A DNA stretch of 64,000 nt, from the NCBI GenBank assembly GCA_900543045.1, contig UQPT01000002.1, positions 17,646-81,645 of the forward strand, written 5' to 3'. The position numbers and the translations under genes are program-made. Below the pieces are notes generated by a model that was given only the letters and a program-made list of their open reading frames with translations, did no database searches and was not told the origin of the DNA. The DNA comes from an uncultured Collinsella sp. (lineage in GTDB: Bacteria > Actinomycetota > Coriobacteriia > Coriobacteriales > Coriobacteriaceae). This document shows positions 1 through 8,193 of this stretch, one piece after another; position 1 is the first letter of the stretch, and each line of letters starts with the position of its first letter.

Positions 1-1
1 C

Positions 2-139
2 GGCATCCAGCTCACCCAGCGCGCCTACGCCTCCGCCGAGAACGTCCAGAGCTACAAGGCGCTCATCGCCCGTGGCGTCAAGGTGACGGCCCAGTTCGTG
101 CCCGCCGACAAGCCCGTCTCCGTCGCAGACCTCATCTAA
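2..139 (+). CDS. PTS mannose/fructose/sorbose family IIB component, 3' part (truncated by window edge)
   Basis: Manual translation GIQLTQRAYASAENVQSYKALIARGVKVTAQFVPADKPVSVADLI*, resembling a Man-family EIIB C-terminus; immediately upstream of IIC. Confidence 0.75.
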   Translation, partial: GIQLTQRAYASAENVQSYKALIARGVKVTAQFVPADKPVSVADLI

Positions 140-149
140 GGGGGGAAAT

Positions 150-935
150 ATGGTCAACTTCACTATCCTGCAGGTCGTCCTTTTGACCCTGCTGGCCTTC
201 ATCAAGCACGTGGACTACTACGGCATCCCGATGATCTTCGTCAATTACGCCGTTTTCTGGGGCCTCATCACCGGAGTCGTCATGGGCGACTGGAAGACCG
301 GCCTTGTCATCGGCGGCACCATTCAGCTCATGCAGCTCGGCGTCGCGGGCTTCGGCGGCTCCTCCATTCCCGACTACGGCACGATGGCCATCATCGCCAC
401 CGCCTACGGCGTGACCCTGGGCTCCGACACGGGCCTCGCCATCGGCCTGCCGGTCGGCATGCTCGGCATCCAGCTCGACGTCGTCGCCAAGATCCTCAAC
501 GGCTTTGTCGTCGAGAAGTCCCAGAAGTTCTGCAACGAGGGTAAGTTCAATCAGATGAACGCCATCCTGTGGGTCTGCCCCGCGCTCTTCGGCCTGTGCG
601 CCGCCCTGCCCGTCTTTGTCTCCGTGACGCTCGGCCAGCCCGCCGTCAACTGGCTCCTCGAGGTCATGCCCCAGTGGTTCCTCTCCGGCCTCACCCTCGC
701 CGGCAAGATGCTCCCGGCCGTCGGTATCGCCATGCTGCTCCGCTACATGCCAACCGCCAAGTACTTCCAGTACCTGCTCGCCGGCTTCTTCCTCTCGGCC
801 TTCCTGAACGTGCCCATCATCGGCGCCGCCATCGTCGGCGTTGCCCTCGCGATTGCGTTCTACCAGCGTGCCGAGAGGGACACCGAGTTCGCCGCCCACG
901 CTTCCGCAGACGCCTTCATCGGAGAGGATGAGTAA
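150..935 (+). CDS. PTS mannose-family IIC component
   Basis: Hydrophobic 261 aa; GLVIGGTIQLMQLG and GGSSIPD motifs; operon with IID/IIA. Confidence 0.92.
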   Translation: MVNFTILQVVLLTLLAFIKHVDYYGIPMIFVNYAVFWGLITGVVMGDWKTGLVIGGTIQLMQLGVAGFGGSSIPDYGTMAIIATAYGVTLGSDTGLAIGLPVGMLGIQLDVVAKILNGFVVEKSQKFCNEGKFNQMNAILWVCPALFGLCAALPVFVSVTLGQPAVNWLLEVMPQWFLSGLTLAGKMLPAVGIAMLLRYMPTAKYFQYLLAGFFLSAFLNVPIIGAAIVGVALAIAFYQRAERDTEFAAHASADAFIGEDE

Positions 936-937
936 CC

Positions 938-1771
938 ATGGAAAACGAGAACATCACCGCCATCGCCGAGGGCAAGCCCTCCGGCTATAAGGTCACCAAG
1001 AAGGACCTGCGCAACGCGAACTGGCGCTGGCTCATGAGCGTGTGCACCTTCAACTACCAGACCCAGCAGGGCGCCTCAGTCGCCTACGCCCTCTCGCCGG
1101 TCCTGAGGAAGATCTACACGAACGACGAGGACTATAAGCAAGCGCTCAACAACCACTTCCGCTACTACAACACCCAGCCTTGGCTCGCCGCCATCATCCT
1201 TGGCGCCTGCGTGGCCATGGAGGAGCGCGACGGCCTAGCGGCGGCGGACGCCGTCCAAGACCTGAAGATCGGCACCATGGGACCGCTCGCCGGCGTCGGC
1301 GACTCCCTGCTCATGACCATGATCCCGACCATCATGGGCTCCATCGCCGCCTACATGGCCATCGAGGGCAACCCCGTGGGAGCCGGCATCTGGTTCGCGC
1401 TCATCCTGGCCATCTTCTGGGTCCGCATGCACGCCCTCGAGTTCGGCTACAAGCAGGGCGTGAAGCTCGTCACCGACTTCAGCGAGAAGCTTCCCAACCT
1501 CACTGCCGCCGCCTCCGTGCTCGGCCTCACCGTGGTCGGCTGCCTCATCGCCTCGGTCATCGGCGTCACCTGCCCGATTAGCTTCAGCTTCGGCGACGTC
1601 GCGATGGAGATTCAGCCGCTGCTCGACAAGATCCTGCCTGCCATGATCCCCGCCGCCATCACGGGAAGCGCGTATTACCTTCTTACCAAGAAGAACGCGA
1701 GCATGACGGCCCTCATCCTCGTGGTGATCGTCCTCGCGATGGTCGCCTCCGCCGCCGGCATCCTCGCCTAG
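938..1771 (+). CDS. PTS mannose-family IID component
   Basis: FNYQTQQG, YYNTQP and MGPLAGVGDS motifs of EIID-Man. Confidence 0.93.
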   Translation: MENENITAIAEGKPSGYKVTKKDLRNANWRWLMSVCTFNYQTQQGASVAYALSPVLRKIYTNDEDYKQALNNHFRYYNTQPWLAAIILGACVAMEERDGLAAADAVQDLKIGTMGPLAGVGDSLLMTMIPTIMGSIAAYMAIEGNPVGAGIWFALILAIFWVRMHALEFGYKQGVKLVTDFSEKLPNLTAAASVLGLTVVGCLIASVIGVTCPISFSFGDVAMEIQPLLDKILPAMIPAAITGSAYYLLTKKNASMTALILVVIVLAMVASAAGILA

Positions 1772-1797
1772 CTTCGACCCAAGAGATTGGTGAATCA

Positions 1798-2196
1798 ATG
1801 AGAAAGATAGTTGTGGCGAGCCATTCCCTTCTCGCCCAGGGCTTCAAGGACACCCTCGAGTTCCTTACGGGTAAGGGCGACGCCGTCAACGCCGTGTGCG
1901 CCTACGTGAACGACAACGGCGAGGGGCTCGACGCGGCGGTCGAGGCGGCTCTTTCGGGCACTGACGAGGTCGTCGTCCTCACCGACGCGTACGGCGGCAG
2001 CGTGAACCAGCGCTTTTCCCGCTTCGCCTCCGACCGGATCCACGTGATCGCGGGTGTCAACCTCCCGCTCGCCATGACGGTCGCGCTCGCGCGCCCCGAC
2101 GAGAAACTCGACTTCGACGCCCTCGTCAACGAGGCGCGCCAGCAGATCATCTACGTGAACGGTGCCAGTTCCGCCGAGTGCGACGACGACGAATAG
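1798..2196 (+). CDS. PTS mannose-family IIA component
   Basis: IVVASH (phosphorylated His), LTDAYGGSV and AGVNLPL motifs. Confidence 0.92.
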   Translation: MRKIVVASHSLLAQGFKDTLEFLTGKGDAVNAVCAYVNDNGEGLDAAVEAALSGTDEVVVLTDAYGGSVNQRFSRFASDRIHVIAGVNLPLAMTVALARPDEKLDFDALVNEARQQIIYVNGASSAECDDDE

Positions 2197-2208
2197 AGGA
2201 GGTCGACG

Positions 2209-3333
2209 ATGAGAGAGTTCCTTAAGGACGTGTGGATGCACGGCGGTGAGGAAAGCCGCGCCATCACCCCCGAGAACATCACGGGCGAGAAGGGCCGCGC
2301 CGCCATGTCGGCCAGCCACCTCGGCGTCGGCCGCAAGGGCTCGTGCTGCGTGCCCCTTGAGTCCGGCGAGACCATCACGCTCGCGGACATCGAGGGTCCC
2401 GGCATCATCCGCCACATCTGGATGACCGTCCCCGACAAGACCGCCGCCGGCAGCTTCGTCATGCGTGACCTCGTGCTGCGCTTCTACTGGGACGACGAGG
2501 AGACCCCCTCGGTCGAGTGCCCTGTCGGCGACTTCTTCTGCAACGGCTTCGGTGAGCGCGCCATCGTCAACTCGATGCCCATCTGCGTGAACCCGACGGG
2601 CGGCATGAACTGCTACTTCGAGATGCCCTTCAGGAAGCACGTCAAGGTCACGCTTACGAGCGAGCACCCCGGGTTCATTAAGTACATCTTCTACACGTTC
2701 AACTACGCGCTCACCGACGTGCCGGACGACGCCATGTACTTCCACGCCCGCTTTAACCGCGAGCGCAGCACCCGCAGGGGCGTCGACTACACCGTGCTCG
2801 ACGGCGTGCGCGGCAAGGGCTACTACGTCGGCACCTACATGGCCCTGTGCGCCCTGGAGCGCTATTGGTGGGGCGAGGGCGAGATGAAGTTCTTCCTCGA
2901 CGGCGACGAGGAGTTCCCCACGGTCACCTCGACGGGAGCCGAGGACTACTTCGGCGGTGCCTGGGCCTTCCTCGACAGGCCGCCCCACGCGCTGCCCGAG
3001 GCGCAGTGCTTCAACACGCTGTTCGCCGGCTACCCGTACCGCTCGACGCGCGACGCCACGCGCGACCGCTTCAGCGCGGGCAAGCCGAACCCGAATCCGA
3101 TGCTCGCGACTAACGACGACGCGCTGCCCAGGCACGGCCTCTACAGGTGGCACCTTCCCGACCCGATCTCGTTCAAGGAGGACCTGCGCGTGACGTTCCA
3201 GGACCTCGGCAACGACGACATCAAGCTCTACGAGCGCGAGGACGACATCTCCACCGTCGCCTACTGGTACCAAAGCGAGCCACACGCCGTGCTCGCCCCG
3301 TTTGCCGCGAGGCAGGACCGCGTGCCCAGGTAG
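2209..3333 (+). CDS. Glycoside hydrolase family 172 (DUF2961), alpha-D-fructofuranosidase/arabinofuranosidase-like
   Basis: GPGIIRHIWMT, PSVECPVGDFF, WWGEGE, TGAEDYFGGAW and YRWHLPDPI motifs; no signal peptide; RBS GAGGAGG. Confidence 0.88.
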   Translation: MREFLKDVWMHGGEESRAITPENITGEKGRAAMSASHLGVGRKGSCCVPLESGETITLADIEGPGIIRHIWMTVPDKTAAGSFVMRDLVLRFYWDDEETPSVECPVGDFFCNGFGERAIVNSMPICVNPTGGMNCYFEMPFRKHVKVTLTSEHPGFIKYIFYTFNYALTDVPDDAMYFHARFNRERSTRRGVDYTVLDGVRGKGYYVGTYMALCALERYWWGEGEMKFFLDGDEEFPTVTSTGAEDYFGGAWAFLDRPPHALPEAQCFNTLFAGYPYRSTRDATRDRFSAGKPNPNPMLATNDDALPRHGLYRWHLPDPISFKEDLRVTFQDLGNDDIKLYEREDDISTVAYWYQSEPHAVLAPFAARQDRVPR

Positions 3334-3412
3334 GGTCGCCTCGAAACAAGCCAACGTTATGGGCGCCCGCGGTTGACCATGACTGCGGGCGTCCCTTTGT
3401 AAGGAGGATCAC

Positions 3413-4297
3413 ATGAGCGAAAAGCAAATGAGGCTCGGCGCCCTCGAAGCCGGCGGGACCAAGATGGTCTGTGCCGTGGTGTCCGGCGACGGCGAGGTCC
3501 TCGACCGTATGGAGACCCCGACGCTTACGCCCGCCGAGACCGTCCCGCAGATGATCGAGTGGTTCACCGCCCGCGATGTGGACGCGTTGGGCATCGGCGC
3601 CTTCGGCCCGACCTGCGTCGACCCCAACGACGAGCGCTACGGCTCCATCCTCCAGACGCCCAAGCTCGCGTGGCGAGGCCATGGTCTTCGCGCCGCGTTC
3701 GCCGACGCCCTCGGGATTCCGGTGGCCTACGACACGGACGTGAACGTTGCCTGCCTCGGCGAAGTGGTCTTCGGCTGCTGCAAGGGGCTCGAGGACGCCG
3801 TCTACGTGACCATCGGCACCGGCGTGGGCGCGGGCGTCATGTGCGCGGGCAGACTCCTTCACGGCATGCTGCACCCCGAGGCCGGCCACATGCTGGTAAG
3901 GACCCGTCCCACCGAGGAGGGACGCTGCGTCTGCCCGAGCCACGCGAGCTGTCTCGAGGGGCTCGCCTCCGGCCCCGCCATCGCCGCGCGCTGGGGAAAG
4001 CCCGCGGCCGAGCTCGCGGACAACGATGAGGTGTGGGCGCTCGAGGGGGATTATCTGGGGCAGATGTGCGCGAACCTCGTGCTCATGTACTCGCCTCGCC
4101 GCATCGTCCTCGGCGGCGGCGTGATGCACCAGGAGCAGCTCTACGGCATCGTCCACAAGAAGACCCTCGAATATCTGGGGGGCTACATCCAGACCGCCGA
4201 GCTTAAGGACATGGAGAGCTACATCTGCGCCCCGGGCTGCGGCGGCGACCAAGGAATCCTCGGCGCGGCCGAGCTGGCAAGAAGGGCGCTCGCGTAA
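3413..4297 (+). CDS. ROK family sugar kinase, fructokinase-like
   Basis: LEAGGTKMVCA, DTDVN, TIGTGVGAG, HPEAGH and Zn motif CPSHASCLEGLASG, as in ScrK/GmuE-type fructokinases. Confidence 0.88.
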   Translation: MSEKQMRLGALEAGGTKMVCAVVSGDGEVLDRMETPTLTPAETVPQMIEWFTARDVDALGIGAFGPTCVDPNDERYGSILQTPKLAWRGHGLRAAFADALGIPVAYDTDVNVACLGEVVFGCCKGLEDAVYVTIGTGVGAGVMCAGRLLHGMLHPEAGHMLVRTRPTEEGRCVCPSHASCLEGLASGPAIAARWGKPAAELADNDEVWALEGDYLGQMCANLVLMYSPRRIVLGGGVMHQEQLYGIVHKKTLEYLGGYIQTAELKDMESYICAPGCGGDQGILGAAELARRALA

Positions 4298-4329
4298 CTT
4301 GCGCCCTCTCCGCCATACAACGCGTTAAG

Positions 4330-4379
4330 AAAAGACGAGCGCTTCTTGCCAATTGAGCGGCAAGAAGCGCTCGTCTTTT
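4330..4379 (+). terminator. Intrinsic terminator after the PTS-GH172-ROK operon (possibly bidirectional)
   Basis: Perfect 21-bp inverted repeat AAAAGACGAGCGCTTCTTGCC / GGCAAGAAGCGCTCGTCTTTT. Confidence 0.8.
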
Positions 4380-4413
4380 GCATTTGTTTTTGGGGCAGGA
4401 CGCCCCGCCTCCG

Positions 4414-4700
4414 CTAGAGTCCCTGGACCGCCACACCCACGAGGTTTGGACCGGTGTGGACAAGAAGCGCGGGGCTGATGTCGGAGCGGACGACCTCCAC
4501 CGCGTTGGCCACGCGCTCGCACAGGGCCTGCTCCATGCGGTCGTAGAGGTCGGCGTGGGCCGAGGTGCGGCTCGCGGCAAAGCGCACCTTGGGGTGCTTC
4601 TCGACGATGGCGGCGATGAGCTTGACCTCGGTGCGATGCGGTACTTGCACAGCCATTTCGTGTACGCGAGGCTGTTGGCTTTCTGGGCCACAGCAATCAC
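4414..4700 (-). pseudogene. DegV-family C-terminal remnant
   Basis: Ends ...ISPALLVHTGPNLVGVAV, like the DegV C-terminal HxGP motif; far too short and apparently frameshifted near 4650. Confidence 0.5.
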
Positions 4701-4902
4701 CTTCCCCCTAGTATGATGACCTGAACAATCCTCATGCTAGGGGGAAGGTTTTTGTCGCGTAGCGGAAATTGGCCTCCACCCGCTGAGCGGGTGGCTTTCT
4801 ATGCCGCGCGTGCCGCGCGGCACGGACTAAAGTCCATGAATAAAAACGAGGAAGGCCACGTCCGGCCTCCCTCGCAAAGAGTCTCTGATTGCTCCCACTC
4901 AT

Positions 4903-5010
4903 TGGGGACAGTCTTAAATGAGTGCTCTTGAAATGCCGGCGCCTGGGGACGTTCTTTTTCTGTCTGCAGTTTGGAACGTTCCTTTTCTGTCGGCAGTTTG
5001 GGACGATCCT
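4903..5010. repeat. GGGGAC-family tandem repeat, 27-bp period
   Basis: TGGGGACGTTC / TTGGAACGTTCC / TTGGGACGATCC at exact 27-bp spacing, plus TGGGGACAGTC just upstream. Confidence 0.75.
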
Positions 5011-5125
5011 TAGAGCTGCAGCGCGCCATGAGCGACGAGGCGAAGCGGATCATCCTGTCTTTTGAGTTCTAAGCATAAGCCCCTGTCTCTGAGCAATGAC
5101 CGGTTCGCATTTGTGCGTATTTGCG

Positions 5126-5160
5126 TGCGTGTGATTGCGTGAATATGCGTATAGATGCGC
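5126..5160. promoter_or_regulatory. Candidate DeoR-type operator, 10-bp-phased TGCGY repeats
   Basis: TGCGT at 5126, 5136, 5146 and TGCGC at 5156, upstream of the oxidoreductase-DeoR operon. Confidence 0.45.
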
Positions 5161-5282
5161 CGTTTACGGGACAAAAATGACCGTTTAGCGGTGAGATACG
5201 CAAAAACGCGCACAGACGCGCGTGTTTGTGCGAATATAGAGCTATCCGAAATGCAAGACGTTCTATGACACAGGAGGCACAT

Positions 5283-6362
5283 ATGGTAGATTCCAAGCAG
5301 GCTCCACTCGACTCCGCGGCAGCCGCAAAAGCAGCGTTCGCTTCGGTCCAGGACAAGCCATTCCCCGATGATATCTTTACGGCTCCCGAGCTTCGTTGGG
5401 CTGTGATCGGGTGCGGCGTTATCGCCAACCAGATGGCCCAGTCTCTCGCTCTTGCCGGCCGCAAGCTTGCGGGCGTCGCCAACCGTACGCTGTCCAAGGC
5501 TCAGGCTTTTGCCGAGCAGTATGGCGTCGAGAAGGTGTATGAGACGGTCGAGGACCTCTACGCCGATCCGGACATCGACGCCGTCTATATCACCACGCCG
5601 CACAACACGCATATTACCTATCTGCGTGCCGCGCTGGCCGCCGGCAAGCACGTGCTCTGCGAGAAGGCCATTACCCTCAACTCCGCCGAGCTCGACGAGG
5701 CCCGCGCCATTGCCGACGAGCACAACGTGGTCCTTATGGACGCCACCACGGTGCTCCATATGCCGCTGTATCAGGAGCTGCGCCGCCGTATGGATGCGGG
5801 TGACTTTGGCCACATGAACCTCGTCCAGCTCAACTTTGGCAGCTATAAGGAGTACGGCGACCTGACTAACCGTTTCTACAACCGTAGTCTTGCCGGTGGT
5901 GCCATGCTCGATATCGGCGTGTATGCGCTCTCCGTCATGCGCCTGTTTATGGCCAGCCAACCCGCCGAGGTCGTGTCTCTGGGCAATACCTGCGAGACTG
6001 GCGTTGACGTCGCGGGTGGCATTGTCTGCCGTAATGCCGAGCAACAGCTGGGCGTCGTGAGCCTTACGCTCCACTCCAAGCAGCCCAAGCGCTCGGTCAT
6101 CAGCTTCGATAAGTGCTATATCGAGGTCAACGAGTATCCGCGTGCAGACCATGCGACCGTCGTGTGGACTGCGGACGGTCACCGTGAGGAGGTCCACGCT
6201 GGCACCGAGGCCTACGCGCTGTGCTACGAGATGGCCGACCTGGAGAAGGCCGTTGCTGGCGATGATTCGAAGCGCGAACTTCTGGGCTATGCTTCTGATG
6301 TTATGGAGCTGATGACCAAGCTCCGCGCCGATTGGGGAGTCGTGTACCCCGAGGAGGAGTAA
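5283..6362 (+). CDS. Gfo/Idh/MocA family oxidoreductase
   Basis: WAVIGCGVIA Rossmann motif, HVLCEKA, GGAMLDIGVY; ATG at 5283 follows RBS AGGAGG. Confidence 0.9.
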   Translation: MVDSKQAPLDSAAAAKAAFASVQDKPFPDDIFTAPELRWAVIGCGVIANQMAQSLALAGRKLAGVANRTLSKAQAFAEQYGVEKVYETVEDLYADPDIDAVYITTPHNTHITYLRAALAAGKHVLCEKAITLNSAELDEARAIADEHNVVLMDATTVLHMPLYQELRRRMDAGDFGHMNLVQLNFGSYKEYGDLTNRFYNRSLAGGAMLDIGVYALSVMRLFMASQPAEVVSLGNTCETGVDVAGGIVCRNAEQQLGVVSLTLHSKQPKRSVISFDKCYIEVNEYPRADHATVVWTADGHREEVHAGTEAYALCYEMADLEKAVAGDDSKRELLGYASDVMELMTKLRADWGVVYPEEE

Positions 6363-6365
6363 GCG

Positions 6366-7112
6366 ATGCTTGCGGAAGATAGGCTCAACGCGATCGTGTC
6401 GATGGTGCAGCAGACCGGCTCGGTTACCGTGCCGGAGCTTGCCGAGGCCCTGGGCGTGACACCGTCCACCATTCGCCGTGACTTGCAAACGCTCGACCGC
6501 GCGCACCGTATCGCCAAGGTGCACGGAGGCGCGACGAGTCTGGAGCGCGCGCACGTGACGCGCGACCTGACGATCAGCGAGCGCAGTGATCTCCATAACG
6601 ATGACAAGGAGCGCATCTGCGCCCGCGCCGCGGCCCTGGTGGAGCCCGATAGCTTTGTGTATATCGATTCGGGCTCGACGACCCTCAAGCTCATCGAGCA
6701 TCTTCCGCATCTCGACGGCGTCACCTATGTGACCGATTCTGTGCTCCATGCCCAGCATCTCGCCCTGCGCGGTATGCGCGCCGTTGTGCTGGGTGGCGAG
6801 CTCAAGCCCGAGACCGAGGCGCTCGTCGGTCCCGATGCCTTGGCAACCCTGGACCGCTATAACTTCAACTGCGGCTTTTGGGGTTCCAATGGCATCGCCG
6901 CCGAGCAAGGTCTCACCACGCCGGATATCGAGGAAGCGCAGGTCAAGCGTATCTCGATGCGTCATACCGCCAAACGCTTCGTAATCTCGGACGCCAGTAA
7001 ATTTGGCATGGTGGCGCCCGTCAAGTTCGCAGACTTCCGCGATGCAACGATTATTACCGCAGGCGAGGTGCCCGCCAAGTACCAGTCGATGGACAACGTC
7101 ATCACGGTCTAG
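6366..7112 (+). CDS. DeoR/GlpR family transcriptional regulator
   Basis: HTH ...VTPSTIRRDL, VHGGA and IDSGST motifs. Confidence 0.93.
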   Translation: MLAEDRLNAIVSMVQQTGSVTVPELAEALGVTPSTIRRDLQTLDRAHRIAKVHGGATSLERAHVTRDLTISERSDLHNDDKERICARAAALVEPDSFVYIDSGSTTLKLIEHLPHLDGVTYVTDSVLHAQHLALRGMRAVVLGGELKPETEALVGPDALATLDRYNFNCGFWGSNGIAAEQGLTTPDIEEAQVKRISMRHTAKRFVISDASKFGMVAPVKFADFRDATIITAGEVPAKYQSMDNVITV

Positions 7113-7158
7113 CGAGCGGGGGTAGGCTAAGGCCAATGCCATTTAGTTTTCTCAGTAG

Positions 7159-7195
7159 AAAAGTGGCAACGTCCATCCCGGGCGTTGCCGCTTTT
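7159..7195 (+). terminator. Intrinsic terminator
   Basis: AAAAGTGGCAACGTCC / GGGCGTTGCCGCTTTT hairpin after the DeoR gene. Confidence 0.7.
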
Positions 7196-7210
7196 GTTGT
7201 CTACCGGTTT

Positions 7211-7428
7211 GTATAAATCTGTAACAACTGGACCGTTAAAAGTGGGCTAGATGTTACAGACTGAGATACTTCCAAACCGCGCCGTCCCTTTGTCTCGATC
7301 TGTAACAACTGGGACCGATTTTGCCGAGTTATTGTTACAGATTGAGATTTTCTCTTGCGGGGGATTCGAATGTCTCGATCTGTAACAGATAGACCGGAAA
7401 ATGGGTTCTAACTGTTACAGATCGAGAC
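7211..7428. repeat. Array of three palindromic units (16-bp arms, 25-nt loops, 81/80-bp period), REP/BIME-like
   Basis: Arms GTCTCGATCTGTAACA / TGTTACAGATCGAGAC (unit 1 degenerate) at 7211/7252, 7292/7333 and 7372/7413. Confidence 0.85.
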
Positions 7429-7518
7429 GTTTTGGCGCCACGGCTGAGCCATCGTGGTGGCTTTGACGTTTTCCCAGATAAAACCTGCCAAAATAAGCCT
7501 GTCCCTATTTGGCAGGTT

Positions 7519-8178
7519 TTAGGGTTCCCAGGGGCAGGGGGCTTCGATGTGGATGTGCTCGCCGGTTACGGGATGCGTAAAGGACACACTGTGGGCGTGG
7601 AGCATCAGGCCGCAGGGACGCGGCGTGCCGTAGAGCTCGTCGCCAACCAGGGGATGGCGCTCGCTTGCCAGGTGCACGCGGATCTGATGCTTGCGACCGG
7701 TGAGCAGCTCGACATCGATATACGAGCGCGTGGGCAGGCCACGACGGCTCTTAAGACGCTTGAGCACCTTCACGCGCGTTTGAGACGGCTTGCCGCTGGC
7801 GCCGACGCGCATCTTTCGGCTGTCGTGACGGTCGCGGGCGATGGGCTTGTCGATGAGCTTTTCGTTCCAGTCGATCTTGCCCTCGGCGAGCGCCAGGTAG
7901 TGCTTTTCGAACGCGTGGTCGATGATCATCTGGTCAAAGGCGGGCTGCGTCTGCTTGTCGAGTGAGAACAGCACCACGCCGGTGGTGTCACGGTCCAGGC
8001 GATTGAGCGGCTGCATGTCGGTCGCGGCAAAGCCGTCGCCCATCGCCAGCAGCAGGTCGCTGGCGTAGTCGGTAAGTGTGCGCTCGCCGGTGCCGTCACC
8101 GTGGACGATCATGCCGGCGGGCTTGTCGATGGCCATGAGCCAGGCGTCGCAGTAGAGGACTTGAGGTTCTTCGTTCAC
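7519..8178 (-). CDS. RluA-family pseudouridine synthase
   Basis: DKPAGMIVH, catalytic NRLDRDTTG and LLTGRKHQIRVH motifs. Confidence 0.93.
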   Translation of the reverse strand: MNEEPQVLYCDAWLMAIDKPAGMIVHGDGTGERTLTDYASDLLLAMGDGFAATDMQPLNRLDRDTTGVVLFSLDKQTQPAFDQMIIDHAFEKHYLALAEGKIDWNEKLIDKPIARDRHDSRKMRVGASGKPSQTRVKVLKRLKSRRGLPTRSYIDVELLTGRKHQIRVHLASERHPLVGDELYGTPRPCGLMLHAHSVSFTHPVTGEHIHIEAPCPWEP

Positions 8179-8193
8179 GTGTAAGCCTTTCGG

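Noticed and set aside
7211..7428. CRISPR array
   Set aside because: Repeats are 16 bp and alternate in orientation, spacers are 23-25 nt, and there are no cas genes in the window; kept as a non-CRISPR repeat.
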